64,000 bases of DNA from an uncultured delta proteobacterium. GTDB taxonomy: Bacteria > Desulfobacterota > Binatia > Binatales > Binataceae. A model generated the notes under the pieces. That model was not told where the DNA came from, made no database searches, and saw nothing but the letters and a program-made list of their open reading frames with translations. This document shows positions 9,472-20,632 of this stretch, in pieces. Position 1 is the stretch's first letter. Each line of letters begins with the position of its first letter. The translations under genes and the position numbers were made by a program. The stretch lies in the NCBI GenBank assembly GCA_963711565.1, contig CAVQEQ010000004.1, positions 608,001 to 672,000 on the forward strand. Reading direction: 5' to 3'.

Positions 9472-9804
9472 GTGAAAACAGCGTCCAAGTTGAAAGAAAA
9501 CTTCAAGCGCGTAGGCGAAGCTACGCTGGACGAACGCAAGCGAATTTCCTTGACGAAGGCGATCGACTCTTTGCGGAGCATCCTGGGCGACCAAATCGAT
9601 CCTGACGTGCGGTTCGGAATCTACGTAAATGACGTCGGACAGGTGTTGCTATCGCCAGAGGTCTCCGTGCCGATGCACGAGCTGTGGCTCTACCGAAACA
9701 CCAAAGCTCTAAAGTCTGTTCTTAGGGGTTTGCAAGAGTCTCGCGAAGGCAAGCTGGTCGATTTGGGATCGTTCGAGAAGTACGCGAACGAGGAAATCGA
9801 GTAA
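9472..9804 (+). CDS. Putative antitoxin (AbrB/MraZ-like N-terminus)
   Basis: LDERKRISL motif, acidic C-terminus, directly upstream of a RelE-like gene; GTG 9472 preferred because a TTGACA lies at 9437, inside the longer ORF. Confidence 0.55.
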   Translation: MKTASKLKENFKRVGEATLDERKRISLTKAIDSLRSILGDQIDPDVRFGIYVNDVGQVLLSPEVSVPMHELWLYRNTKALKSVLRGLQESREGKLVDLGSFEKYANEEIE

Positions 9805-9816
9805 GGCTACAGTCCG

Positions 9817-10116
9817 TTGCCGAAATTCAAGCTGCTTTTCACCAGGGAAGCACAAGCGGCACTCTCGAGTCTGATCAAAGATCAAAGCGCAGCAAAACGG
9901 CTTCGTGCTGTTCGGAAGACGCTATTCCTCCTGGAGACCAATCCTTGTCATCCGAGTTTGCACACGCACGAGTATTCGAAACTGATTGGCCCGCAGGGCC
10001 AGAAAGTCTTTGAGGCGTACGCTGAAAACAAGACGCCCGCGGCGTTTCGCATCTTCTGGCATTACGGTCCGGGCAGCCGGCAAATGACGATAGTGGCAAT
10101 CACGGCACATCCCTGA
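9817..10116 (+). CDS. Putative RelE/ParE-superfamily toxin
   Basis: Basic, 99 aa; FTREA, NPxHPSLHTH, FEAY, FRIFW and terminal ITAHP pattern. Confidence 0.65.
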   Translation: MPKFKLLFTREAQAALSSLIKDQSAAKRLRAVRKTLFLLETNPCHPSLHTHEYSKLIGPQGQKVFEAYAENKTPAAFRIFWHYGPGSRQMTIVAITAHP

Positions 10117-10159
10117 CCTCCGCTAGCACTGCACGCCTGATTCGTATGAAATACGAGCG

Positions 10160-11038
10160 ATGAGGCTCCCCAACGTCATCGGAGTCGGCCCCCCGCGCAC
10201 CGGTTCGACCTGGCTCTACAACGCGCTGCGCGACGCCGTCGACATGCCCGACGGCGTCAAGGAGCCGCAGTTTTTCAGCAGGTTCTACGACAAGGGCATC
10301 GATTGGTATGCGCATCATTTTCGCTACGTGACCGGGCGCCGCCCGATAGCCGAAATTTCTCCGCCGTATTTTTTCCATGCAGATACCCCCGAGCGCATCA
10401 AGACTCACATTCCGAACTGCAAAATCGTCGCGACGATGCGCAATCCCGTTGATCGCATCTATTCCGTGTACAAACTCATGCGCCACTACGGATGGGTCCG
10501 GCGCGGGACGCTCGACGAGGTCCTGCAAGTCAATCCCAATCTCGGCGGGGGCAACCGTTACGCGGCGCATCTCCAGGCCTGGTTCGACACGCTCGGGCGC
10601 GAGAACGTGCTCGTCACGATGTACGATGAATTGCGCGACGACCCGCAGGCATATTTGAATCGCGTCTGCGACTTCATCAGCATCCCGCGCATCGCGCTCG
10701 CGCCGCGCCCCGATCTCAGCGGCGACGTGAACTCATTCGCTCGTGCACCCAAAAATCGCCGCCTCGCAGTCAACGCGTCCAAACTGATGTACTGGCTCAA
10801 GGGCCATCAGGCATACGGCCTCATCAACGCACTCGAACATTACGGCGTCTGGGAGTTCTGCGGCGGACGCGGCGATCCGTATCCGCACCTCACCATCGAA
10901 CAGGAGGAGCGCCTGCGCGAGCGCTACCTGCCCGAAGTCGAGGCGCTCGAAAAATTGATCGGCGTCGATCTCGCCGCGTGGAAGAAGCCGCGCGCCGCAA
11001 AGACCGACCGCCGAACTCCGCGGCTGGCCGTCGGATGA
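10160..11038 (+). CDS. PAPS-dependent sulfotransferase 1
   Basis: 5'-PSB GPPRTGST, KEPQFF and 3'-PB RNPVDRIYS. Confidence 0.9.
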   Translation: MRLPNVIGVGPPRTGSTWLYNALRDAVDMPDGVKEPQFFSRFYDKGIDWYAHHFRYVTGRRPIAEISPPYFFHADTPERIKTHIPNCKIVATMRNPVDRIYSVYKLMRHYGWVRRGTLDEVLQVNPNLGGGNRYAAHLQAWFDTLGRENVLVTMYDELRDDPQAYLNRVCDFISIPRIALAPRPDLSGDVNSFARAPKNRRLAVNASKLMYWLKGHQAYGLINALEHYGVWEFCGGRGDPYPHLTIEQEERLRERYLPEVEALEKLIGVDLAAWKKPRAAKTDRRTPRLAVG

Positions 11039-11892
11039 CTCGTCGCATCCCGGAAATTATCGGCGCCGGTCCCGGCCGCACCGGCACCACCTGGCTGCAT
11101 CGCGTGCTCGAAGGCCATGTCGATTTGCCGTATGGCGTCAAGGAGACGCAGTTCTTCAATACGTTCTACGACAAGGGTATCGATTGGTACGCGCATCATT
11201 TTCGCTATGCGACCGGCGCCCGCAAAATCGTCGAAATCTGCCCGTACTTTTTCCATCCGCTCGCGCCCGATCGCATCAAGACTCACATTCCGGATTGCCG
11301 CGTCATCACCACGCTGCGCGATCCCGTCGAGCACGCTTTCTCCGCGTACAAGCTCGTCGTCCACTTCGCCTGGGCGCACGGCACGTTCGACGAGGTTCTG
11401 AAGTCGCGCCCCAATCTCGGCAGCGGCAATCGCTACGCATCGCATTTGCAGACGTGGTTCGATCTGTTCGGCCGCGAGAACGTGCTGGTCACGATGTATG
11501 ACGAACTGCGCGCGAATCCGCAGTCCTATCTGGATCGCGTGACCGATTTCATGGGAGTCGATCGCATCGCACTTTCCGCGCGCCCCGAAATCGGTGATGA
11601 TGTTCACTCGTTTGCGCGCGCGCCGCGCAACCTCAAGCTCGCCCGCAACGCGCGCAAGATGATGTACTGGATGCAGAGTCATCAGGCATACGGCGCGATC
11701 AACCTGCTCGAGCGCGCGGGCGTGTGGAGTTTCTGCTACGGCCGCGGCGAGCCCTTCGGCAGCCTGACGCCCGAGCAGGAGCGGCAGTTGCGCGAGCGCT
11801 ACCTGCCCGAAGTCGAGGCGCTCGAAGAATTGCTCCGCATCGATCTCTCCGCATGGAAGAAACCGCAGGTCCGCCGCGCGACGGTCGCATAG
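11035..11892 (+). CDS. PAPS-dependent sulfotransferase 2
   Basis: GPGRTGTT, KETQFF, RDPVEHAFS; ATGA overlap with the previous stop. Confidence 0.9.
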   Translation: MTRRIPEIIGAGPGRTGTTWLHRVLEGHVDLPYGVKETQFFNTFYDKGIDWYAHHFRYATGARKIVEICPYFFHPLAPDRIKTHIPDCRVITTLRDPVEHAFSAYKLVVHFAWAHGTFDEVLKSRPNLGSGNRYASHLQTWFDLFGRENVLVTMYDELRANPQSYLDRVTDFMGVDRIALSARPEIGDDVHSFARAPRNLKLARNARKMMYWMQSHQAYGAINLLERAGVWSFCYGRGEPFGSLTPEQERQLRERYLPEVEALEELLRIDLSAWKKPQVRRATVA

Positions 11893-11896
11893 TTCG

Positions 11897-12805
11897 ATGA
11901 CGCAATCTTCCAACACCGCGCGCGAGCTGCGACTGCCTGACTTTGTCGGCGTCGGCCCCGGCCGCACCGGCACGACGTGGCTGCACGAGGTCCTCAAGGG
12001 CCACGTCAATCTGCCGGCCGGAATCAAGGAGACCGATTTCTTCACCACCAACTACAACAAAGGCATCGAGTGGTACGCGGATCACTTCCGCGACGCCGAC
12101 CGCATCCGCCCGACAGGCGAGATCAATCCATACTTCGGCTTCCCCGAGGCCGCCGAACGCATCGCGATCCACATCCCGCGATGCAAAATCATCTGCACGT
12201 TCCGCAATCCCGTCGAGCGCATCTACTCCGCCTACAAGCTGTGGCGTCACTATACGCTGACCAACGATCCCCTCGACGTGTTCCTCGTGAAGGTCCCGCA
12301 GATAATCGAGGTGACGCGCTATGCGACGCATCTGCCCGACTACCGCGCGCGCTTCGGCAATGACCGCGTGCTGGTCCTGCTCAACGACGACCTGCGCGCC
12401 GACCCGCAGGCCTACCTCGATCGCGTGTGCGATTTCATCGGCATCGAGCGCTACCCGGTGCCTGCGTCGGCCGCCGCGGGCGAGCCGATCAACTCGATTA
12501 ACGATCTGCCGCGGTTCCCGCGCGCCGCCCGCAGAGCGCGCAAGTTCATGCACTGGCTCGAGGACAAGCAAGCCTACGCGACGACCAACTTCCTGGAGCA
12601 GGCGGGCGCGTGGAAGCTGGCTTTCGGCGGCGGCCCCAAGTTTCCTCCGCTCGATCCGGCGATCGAGGCGCGCCTGCACGAACTGATGCGCCCCGAAATC
12701 GACGCGCTCGAACAAATGATCGGACGCGACCTCTCGGCGTGGAAGAGTCCTCGCGCCAAAAGCAGTCGCGCCCCCGCCGGCGCGTCGGCCGCGCAGGGAA
12801 AGTAA
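11897..12805 (+). CDS. PAPS-dependent sulfotransferase 3
   Basis: GPGRTGTT, KETDFF, RNPVERIYS. Confidence 0.9.
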   Translation: MTQSSNTARELRLPDFVGVGPGRTGTTWLHEVLKGHVNLPAGIKETDFFTTNYNKGIEWYADHFRDADRIRPTGEINPYFGFPEAAERIAIHIPRCKIICTFRNPVERIYSAYKLWRHYTLTNDPLDVFLVKVPQIIEVTRYATHLPDYRARFGNDRVLVLLNDDLRADPQAYLDRVCDFIGIERYPVPASAAAGEPINSINDLPRFPRAARRARKFMHWLEDKQAYATTNFLEQAGAWKLAFGGGPKFPPLDPAIEARLHELMRPEIDALEQMIGRDLSAWKSPRAKSSRAPAGASAAQGK

Positions 12806-12811
12806 TCCGCG

Positions 12812-13720
12812 ATGCCGAAAGTCTCGACGATCGTTGCTGTGTACAACGGCGCAGCAACCGTTAACCGCGCGCTTCGCAGCATCTTCGCCCAGACTTTCAC
12901 CGACAACGAAGTAGTCGTCGTCAACGACGGCTCGACCGACGACACCGCGTCGGTGCTGTCGCGCTACGGCGATCGAATCCGCGTCATCACGCAGCGGAAT
13001 CGTGGGCTGTCTGCCGCTCGCAACGCCGGTGTGCGCGCCTCGAGCGGCGAGTATGTCGCGTTCCTCGACGATGACGACGAGTGGATGCCCGAAAAACTTG
13101 TGCGATCCGTCCCCGTTCTCGACGCGGATCCTGGCTGCGCGCTCGTATACACTTTCGCCGTTAAAATCGACCCTCAGGGAGAGCTCATTGGCTCCCAGAG
13201 CTTGACAGACGGGCGACCAGACGGCATCGAGTCGCCAACAATGCAAGAGATGCTAACGCGGCCGTGGAACGTCGTGCCCAGCCAGTTCGTGGTGCGGCGC
13301 GATGTCTTCGAGCGATGCGGCGGATTCCACGAACGATTCATCACGTCGTGCGAGGACCTCTACTTCCTGCTGAACGCGCGCGAGTACGGCGCCTTCCGAT
13401 GCGTCCCCGAGCAGCTCGTGCGCAAGGAGACGCGCCCGCTGTATCCCAAGGCGCTTGAACGCGAGCCCGAGTGCGATCTCTTCGTCGAACTTGTCAGCGA
13501 GCGCTACGGCGCGTCCGCCGCCGGCTTCGTCCGGGAATTCCGGCGCGAGCGAGTCAAGGTCATGCGACATATGGCTCGCACTCTGATCGAGGAAGGCCGC
13601 CCGCGAGACGCGCGCAAATGCCTCGCTCGCGTGATGCATTACGAACCGCTGTCACCGAAGGCATACCGGCGATATTTGAAAACTTTTTTTTCCTCTCGCG
13701 CAAATGAAGTGGGTCCCTGA
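12812..13720 (+). CDS. Glycosyltransferase family 2
   Basis: VYN, VNDGSTD, ARNAG, FLDDDD and a helical TPR-like C-terminus. Confidence 0.9.
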   Translation: MPKVSTIVAVYNGAATVNRALRSIFAQTFTDNEVVVVNDGSTDDTASVLSRYGDRIRVITQRNRGLSAARNAGVRASSGEYVAFLDDDDEWMPEKLVRSVPVLDADPGCALVYTFAVKIDPQGELIGSQSLTDGRPDGIESPTMQEMLTRPWNVVPSQFVVRRDVFERCGGFHERFITSCEDLYFLLNAREYGAFRCVPEQLVRKETRPLYPKALEREPECDLFVELVSERYGASAAGFVREFRRERVKVMRHMARTLIEEGRPRDARKCLARVMHYEPLSPKAYRRYLKTFFSSRANEVGP

Positions 13721-13775
13721 CTTGTGCCGGGGACCCATACCAGACTGCCTGGTTACGTTGGAGAAGAAGTACTGT

Positions 13776-14282
13776 TCAATCGCTGGGCAGGAATAGGGTA
13801 CGGAAATAGTTCTGGGCGCCAGTCACTCCGCCAGTGGTATCAGCTGTCCAGCCAGTAATTTTCGCCTGGATCTCGAGTGTGAATGTGACATTTGCGCTAT
13901 TCGCATACGTTACATCCGAAATACCTGACCGACTAACACTCGTTTGGCTGTTCACCGGTGTAGTAGTCAGATCCCGCGCGAACTCATTGGTTCCATCGCT
14001 GACCCAAATCTCAATACCTTTCCCACCCGATAATGAAGACGGGGAAGTGATCGGGACAAAGTAGTCCACGTATACACGGCAAGGGCATCCGGTACTTGGC
14101 GCGGTCTCCATGATCGAATCGAGCGGTGTAGCCGTTGTGCCCACGCTGATGTCGCTCAGATAGTCGGAGCCCTGGTAGTTGCCGTCCCACAATTGTGCTC
14201 TGGCCAAAGCGGACAAAGACAGGACGGCGACCAACACCACTAGAAAAGACACTGTCTTGACGAAGAATCGCGCGATACGCAT
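13776..14282 (-). CDS. Hypothetical secreted Ser/Thr-rich beta-sandwich-like protein
   Basis: AGGAGG RBS, signal peptide ending ARA, lower GC than neighbours. Confidence 0.7.
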   Translation of the reverse strand: MRIARFFVKTVSFLVVLVAVLSLSALARAQLWDGNYQGSDYLSDISVGTTATPLDSIMETAPSTGCPCRVYVDYFVPITSPSSLSGGKGIEIWVSDGTNEFARDLTTTPVNSQTSVSRSGISDVTYANSANVTFTLEIQAKITGWTADTTGGVTGAQNYFRTLFLPSD

Positions 14283-14434
14283 GTCGAATCCTCCTAAGGT
14301 CTGTTAGTGGAAATTGACTTTGAGGAGTCACAAATAACAAAATGTGGGCGCACTGTCTAGTGACAATAAGTCAGCTTCTTACAACTGGGAGAGGTTCGTC
14401 CGCGTGCTTAAGAAAGTATTCGTCGCGATTTGCG

Positions 14435-15112
14435 CTATTCCGCGACGTACTCGACCATCGCCTGACGCCGCGGATGGCCCCAATCGCCGATGTATCTTGG
14501 ATTCCAGCCGCTTTTAACGCCGAAGTCTTCAACCGTAGCGCGCGGAAAGCGGAAGCTCCGGTGCGAATGCGATCGCGGTGACTGGTTCACGTGAGATTCG
14601 TCGATGAAGAAGGTCGCGTAGAAGCGTCCGCCGGGATTCATGAATCGCCGCAATTTTTCCAGACACAGCAGGATGTCGGACTCGGCGAGGTGGGTGAAGA
14701 GCGACTGCGCGATCGCGAAGTCCGGCCGCCTGGAGAATTTATCGAATTCGAAACGGTCGGAAATTACAAACTGCGGCGACTTGCGCCGCATCCGCTCCCG
14801 CCCCAGCTCCTGCTTGATTCCAACTTTGAGGAGCTGCTTTTCACGCTCGAGCCCCAGGTAATTCCCCTCGTCCAGATAGTCGATAAACTTCACTCCACCC
14901 CTCAAGGCACCGCATCCGATGTCGAGCAGAACATGCCCCGGCTTCAGTCCCATCTTGAGCATGAACTCGAACTGCAAGTCGCCAAGCGCGCCCCAATCGC
15001 CGCCGACGTATTGCCGATGCCCCAAAAGCCAGATGCCGAGCCGGCCGTCAGGCTTTCCAAGCGCTACAAAAGCTCTCGCCTTTAACTTCTCAATCATCGC
15101 GAGGCGGCGCAT
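14435..15112 (-). CDS. Class I SAM-dependent methyltransferase
   Basis: LLDIGCG, SLFTHL and MNPGG motifs; start may be ATG 15097. Confidence 0.85.
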   Translation of the reverse strand: MRRLAMIEKLKARAFVALGKPDGRLGIWLLGHRQYVGGDWGALGDLQFEFMLKMGLKPGHVLLDIGCGALRGGVKFIDYLDEGNYLGLEREKQLLKVGIKQELGRERMRRKSPQFVISDRFEFDKFSRRPDFAIAQSLFTHLAESDILLCLEKLRRFMNPGGRFYATFFIDESHVNQSPRSHSHRSFRFPRATVEDFGVKSGWNPRYIGDWGHPRRQAMVEYVAE

Positions 15113-15492
15113 CTCAACTACTCGATGATGCGCGACCGCCTCCTTTCTGCGTCGCCGACTCGGTCAGGCGCCCGGGCTGACTATCGCGCGCCGGATGCGT
15201 GTGTCTCGGGCGTGATTTCAGCACCCGCCGGCTCCGGCGCTGACGACATCGAGCCATAGCCGGCTGCGTTGTTGTTGCGCCTGTTCACCAGCGCTTCGAT
15301 GCGGTCTTTTCCTTTCGCACAGTCACACTGAGAGTTAAGTTTGAACGGTACGGAGAGTCAAGCTTGAACGCCAGGACTGAATTGAAGTCTTCAACTGGCG
15401 CATCGACTCCGTGCGAGGTAGATAGAGATGTGCGGTTTGCTAAAGAAACGAGGGCGGAGTACCGCGTCTGACCGTCGCCTGAGCTCCCGCTG

Positions 15493-16422
15493 ATGCCGCT
15501 CGTCTCCGTAATAATTCCGGTTTACAACGGCGCCGCGACGATCGGTCGTGCGCTCAAGAGCGTCTTCGATCAAACTTTCACCGATTACGAAATCGTTGTC
15601 TGCGACGACGGCTCGACCGACGACACTTCCGCGCTGCTGGCGGGATACGGCGATCGAATCCGGGTGCTCCGGCAGGCCAACCGTGGGTTCCCCGCTGCGC
15701 GCAACGCCGCCGTCGCTGCCAGCCGTGGCGAGTTGATCGCCCTGATAGATCACGACGACCAATGGCTCCCGCGAAAGCTCGAGGTTCAGGTCGCCGCTCT
15801 TCAAAATGACCGCGGCGCCGTGCTCGTGTACTCGGACGTGACTGTGGTCAACGAAGCGGGCGACGAGTCGCGCGCCTCGCCGGTCGCGGCCGCCACCGCG
15901 CACGCGCCCTCGATGGACGAGATGCTCGCGCGGCTGTGGCCGATCATGCCGAGCACGGTCGTGATGCGGCGTGACGCCTTCGACCGCACGGGTGGATTCT
16001 GCGAGAGCCTTGGCCAGGACCTGGATTTCTGGCCGCTGATCCGGGAGCAGGGCGGCTTCATCTACCTGCCCGATCGCCTGGTGCGGTTCACCTTCGGCCA
16101 GCTCTATCCGAAAGTCCTCAAGCGGGACTTCGGTCCGGATGGGTTTGTCGATTTAATTCGCTCCCGCTACGGCGCGCGCGCCGACGGGCTGGTCGCGGAC
16201 TTCATCCGGCACCGGGTGCGGATGATCGCCAACGCCGGCGTGATCGAGATGAGCCGCGGCAACATGGAAGGCGCGCGCCAATGCTTCATCCGGGTGCTGA
16301 AGTACGATCCGCGCCACGTGAAAAGTTATTTGCGCATCGCGCGAACCTACCTGCCCGCACCAATCCGGCGCGCGCTGGGAGGTAAAGCCTCGCGCGAACA
16401 TCGCATTGTCGGAGAAGAATAG
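15493..16422 (+). CDS. Glycosyltransferase family 2 (paralog)
   Basis: VSVIIPVYN, DDGSTD, ARN, IDHDD. Confidence 0.9.
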   Translation: MPLVSVIIPVYNGAATIGRALKSVFDQTFTDYEIVVCDDGSTDDTSALLAGYGDRIRVLRQANRGFPAARNAAVAASRGELIALIDHDDQWLPRKLEVQVAALQNDRGAVLVYSDVTVVNEAGDESRASPVAAATAHAPSMDEMLARLWPIMPSTVVMRRDAFDRTGGFCESLGQDLDFWPLIREQGGFIYLPDRLVRFTFGQLYPKVLKRDFGPDGFVDLIRSRYGARADGLVADFIRHRVRMIANAGVIEMSRGNMEGARQCFIRVLKYDPRHVKSYLRIARTYLPAPIRRALGGKASREHRIVGEE

Positions 16423-16683
16423 CCTCCCCTTGTCCGAGGGGAGGTCGCCGCGCGCCGAAGGAGCGCGGCGGGAGAGGTGCAACGCTGGCCGGTGCGACCG
16501 CGCTTGCTGTTTGTAGCTTGAAGCCAGCAGGTGGTGCCGCTGTCCGGCGGCGGCTTGTGCGTCTAGCAATTGTGGTTAGACGAGCCGGGCGGGGTGCGAT
16601 GTCGAGCGTTGCACCCCACCCGGCGACACCGCGTTTCACGCGGCTTACGCCGACCTCCCCTCGGACAAGGGGAGGTTAGGATT
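16423..16683. repeat. REPIN/MITE-like element, copy A (long inverted arms)
   Basis: Left arm CCTCCCCTTGTCCGAGGGGAGGTCG..GTGCAACGCT (16423-16486) is the inverted counterpart of right arm AGCGTTGCAC..CGACCTCCCCTCGGACAAGGGGAGG (16605-16675). Confidence 0.8.
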
Positions 16684-16709
16684 CGGACCGAGGAGCGCTT
16701 CCTGCACGC

Positions 16710-17999
<1,290 letters not shown>

Positions 18000-18962
18000 T
18001 TATTCCTGATACGCGCGATCAGATCGAGCGCGGCGCGCCTTGCCGCCGGACAGGCTCCGCGCCAGCCGATGCGGCAAAAACGTGCGCATCCAGCGCAGGT
18101 AGTTCTTGAGCCGGTATGGATCGACCCTGATAGCGCGCGCAAACGCCGCCCGCGCGCGCGGACGGTCGCCGTCGCGCAGCGCCTTGAGGCCGATCGTCGC
18201 GAGGATACTGCGCGGCGCCCGCATGCGCGCATCGACCAGCGGCGCCGCCGAAACGCCGTAGCGCTCCTGCAAGTACGCCTCGAAAACGTGCAACGCCTTC
18301 GAGTAGTCGGGGAGCCGCTTGAGCTGCTTCGGAAACCATGCGAACCGCCACGTGATCAGCGGCTCGTCGATATAGCCGAACGGCCCCTGCTCGCGCATCT
18401 TGATCCAGAAATCTGTGTCCTCGAAGCGGAAGCTCGCGCCCTTCAACGCGTCGCGATAGCCGCCACATGCTTCGTACGCCGAGCGACGGACCAGGGCAGC
18501 GCTCGGCATGATCGGCCACAGCTGCGTCAGCAGTTCCTTCAGTGACGGCGCATGATTGAAGCCCTTGCCCACCAGCGAGGTGTCGAGCGCGACGCTCTCG
18601 CTGTCAGCCAGGGCGCAATTGCAGTACACGAGTGACAGCACAGGGTCACTGTCGAGCGCCGCCGCGCTACGCTCGAGGAATTGCGGCGCCCAGACGTCGT
18701 CGGCGTCGAGGAAGGCGAGGTACTCGCCCGACGAATTGCGCGCGCCATTGTTGCGTCCGGCAGCCGGCCCACTGTTGGGTTGCTCGATCAGGCGCACTCG
18801 GTCACCGAACTGTTTAATGATTGTGACAGTCGGGTCGGTCGAGCCGTCATCGACGCAGATTATTTCGAAATCCTGGAGGGTCTGGGCGAGCACGCTCTCG
18901 ACCGTGCTGGCGATAGTCGCGGCCGCATTGTAAGCGGGAATAATTACAGAAACGCGAGGCAC
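18000..18962 (-). CDS. Glycosyltransferase family 2, co-oriented directly upstream of sqdB
   Basis: VSVIIPAYN, DDGSTD, FLDADD, FED. Confidence 0.9.
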   Translation of the reverse strand: MPRVSVIIPAYNAAATIASTVESVLAQTLQDFEIICVDDGSTDPTVTIIKQFGDRVRLIEQPNSGPAAGRNNGARNSSGEYLAFLDADDVWAPQFLERSAAALDSDPVLSLVYCNCALADSESVALDTSLVGKGFNHAPSLKELLTQLWPIMPSAALVRRSAYEACGGYRDALKGASFRFEDTDFWIKMREQGPFGYIDEPLITWRFAWFPKQLKRLPDYSKALHVFEAYLQERYGVSAAPLVDARMRAPRSILATIGLKALRDGDRPRARAAFARAIRVDPYRLKNYLRWMRTFLPHRLARSLSGGKARRARSDRAYQE

Positions 18963-19027
18963 GATTTGATCGGACTCGGACGGAAGCCCTCGCGACAGGT
19001 TACACGGCTGGGGGCAGCCTGCTCAAC

Positions 19028-19234
19028 GGGCACGAGCCGAAGGAGAGCGACGGGCGAGGTGGACCGCGGGCAGGTGCGACCGCATGTAGTTGTGCTGCTA
19101 TCGGGCGGCGGCGTTGGTGTCTCTGCATTTGCGATTAGACGAGTGGGAGTGGTGACCTGTCAGGCGTTGCACCCCACCCGCCGCGCTCCTTTGGCGCGCG
19201 GCGACCTCCCCTCGGACAAGGGGAGGTTAGGATT
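19028..19234. repeat. REPIN/MITE-like element, copy B
   Basis: Right arm 19164-19226 plus TTAGGATT matches copy A; internal GGTGCGACCGC, GGCGGCGGC and TTAGACGAG are shared; left arm is degenerate. Confidence 0.75.
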
Positions 19235-19261
19235 GGCGCGACCCACGTCGCTTCTTGACGC

Positions 19262-19318
19262 TGGGTGCAGGGGTCACCCCTGCCCAAGGAAGTGTGAAAC
19301 CCAAGGTGGGTTTCACAT
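19262..19318. terminator. Double hairpin downstream of the sigma54 activator gene
   Basis: GCAGGGG-tca-CCCCTGC and TGTGAAACCCA-agg-TGGGTTTCACA. Confidence 0.45.
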
Positions 19319-19338
19319 TCGATTGATTCCTGCTCGGC

Positions 19339-20523
19339 CTACGCGCGGCGGGCGGTTGGCTTGCGGAATGTCCGATACGTACGGCCTTCGGCCAGGCCGA
19401 ACCTGTTCAGCATCCGGTAGACCGTGTAGCGCGATACACCCAGCAGCTCGGCTGCGCGATGGCAATTGCCCTCGGTCGCCTGCAACGCCCGAATCAGCGC
19501 GAGCTTTGAAGCCTCACGGATTACGGCGTCGAGCGAGTAGGGCCACTCCTTTGCGGCGCTGTCGCCCGCGCCCTCAACCAGGTCGAGCGCGCCATTTGGG
19601 AGTATCGCATCGACCGGCACGCCGACGGCTTCCGGGGTCGCATCGTCGTGCTGAAAGGGTAGGTCGTCGATATCAATCCGGTCGGTCTCGGTCATCAGGA
19701 CCGCGCTCTCGATAGCATGGCCGAGTTCGCGCACGTTACCGAGCCATTGATTGGCGCATAACGCGTCAAGGGCGGCGCGCGATACTTCTTTTACGTTCTT
19801 GCCGAACAGCCGGTTGTAGTGCTCGATAAAATGGGCGACGAATGCCGGGATTGCCTCACTCCGTTCGCGAAGCGGCGGAACCACGATCGCTGCCGCGTTA
19901 AGCCGGTAGTACAGATCGTCGCGAAATTGACCCGCCTTGACCATCGCACGCAGGTCACGATTGGTGGCAGCCACCAGCCGAATATCAACCGAGTAGCAGC
20001 GCGACGAACCGACCGGCTGGATCTCATGAGTCTCGACCGCGCGCAACAGCTTGGGCTGCAGGCGCAGCGGGAGCTCGCCGATTTCGTCCAGGAAAAGCGT
20101 TCCGCCGTTCGCCGAACGGAAATAGCCAAGCGAATCTTCGCGGGCGTCGGTGAAAGCGCCGCGCACGTGGCCGAAGAGCTGCGATTCCGCCAGCGTATCG
20201 ACCAGGTTCGAGCAATTGAAGGTCACGAACGGGCCGCCTGGTGCCGAGCCCAGCGTATGCAGCGCTCGGGCTACGAGCTCCTTGCCGGTCCCGGATTCGC
20301 CGTGAATCAGGACGGTTGCTTTGTATGGACTCAAGCGTGAAATGGTTTTCAGTAGCTTGCGCACTTGCGCCGACCGCACCACCATCCCACCAACCCGCTC
20401 CGACCCATGCGCAAGATGCTCGAGGCTGAACCACTCGCACGCGGCTGCCGCTGGTTCGGCGCGAAGATTATTCATCGCAGCCGCGACCGGCGTTCCGTTC
20501 GCCGAGTACTCTTGAAGGCGCAT
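19339..20523 (-). CDS. Sigma54-dependent transcriptional activator (AAA+ and Fis HTH) with no receiver domain
   Basis: GESGTGKE, ESQLFGH, GAFTDA, GTLFLDEIGE, FRDDLYYRL, WLGNVREL and AAELLGVSR. Confidence 0.9.
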   Translation of the reverse strand: MRLQEYSANGTPVAAAMNNLRAEPAAAACEWFSLEHLAHGSERVGGMVVRSAQVRKLLKTISRLSPYKATVLIHGESGTGKELVARALHTLGSAPGGPFVTFNCSNLVDTLAESQLFGHVRGAFTDAREDSLGYFRSANGGTLFLDEIGELPLRLQPKLLRAVETHEIQPVGSSRCYSVDIRLVAATNRDLRAMVKAGQFRDDLYYRLNAAAIVVPPLRERSEAIPAFVAHFIEHYNRLFGKNVKEVSRAALDALCANQWLGNVRELGHAIESAVLMTETDRIDIDDLPFQHDDATPEAVGVPVDAILPNGALDLVEGAGDSAAKEWPYSLDAVIREASKLALIRALQATEGNCHRAAELLGVSRYTVYRMLNRFGLAEGRTYRTFRKPTARRA

Positions 20524-20557
20524 CTTTAGGTTCCTTCTCTGCCGCTATAACTTCGAC

Positions 20558-20632
20558 CCTACATCTAGTTATAAAATCTGCTCTACTAGTTGTAGGATTT
20601 TGGATATAATCGAGCGATGCCTCGTGTGTCAA
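20558..20632 (-). promoter_or_regulatory. Putative promoter and inverted-repeat operator of the activator gene
   Basis: Minus-strand TTGACA at 20632-20627; 12-bp imperfect inverted repeat CCTACATCTAGT / ACTAGTTGTAGG at 20558-20596. Confidence 0.4.
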
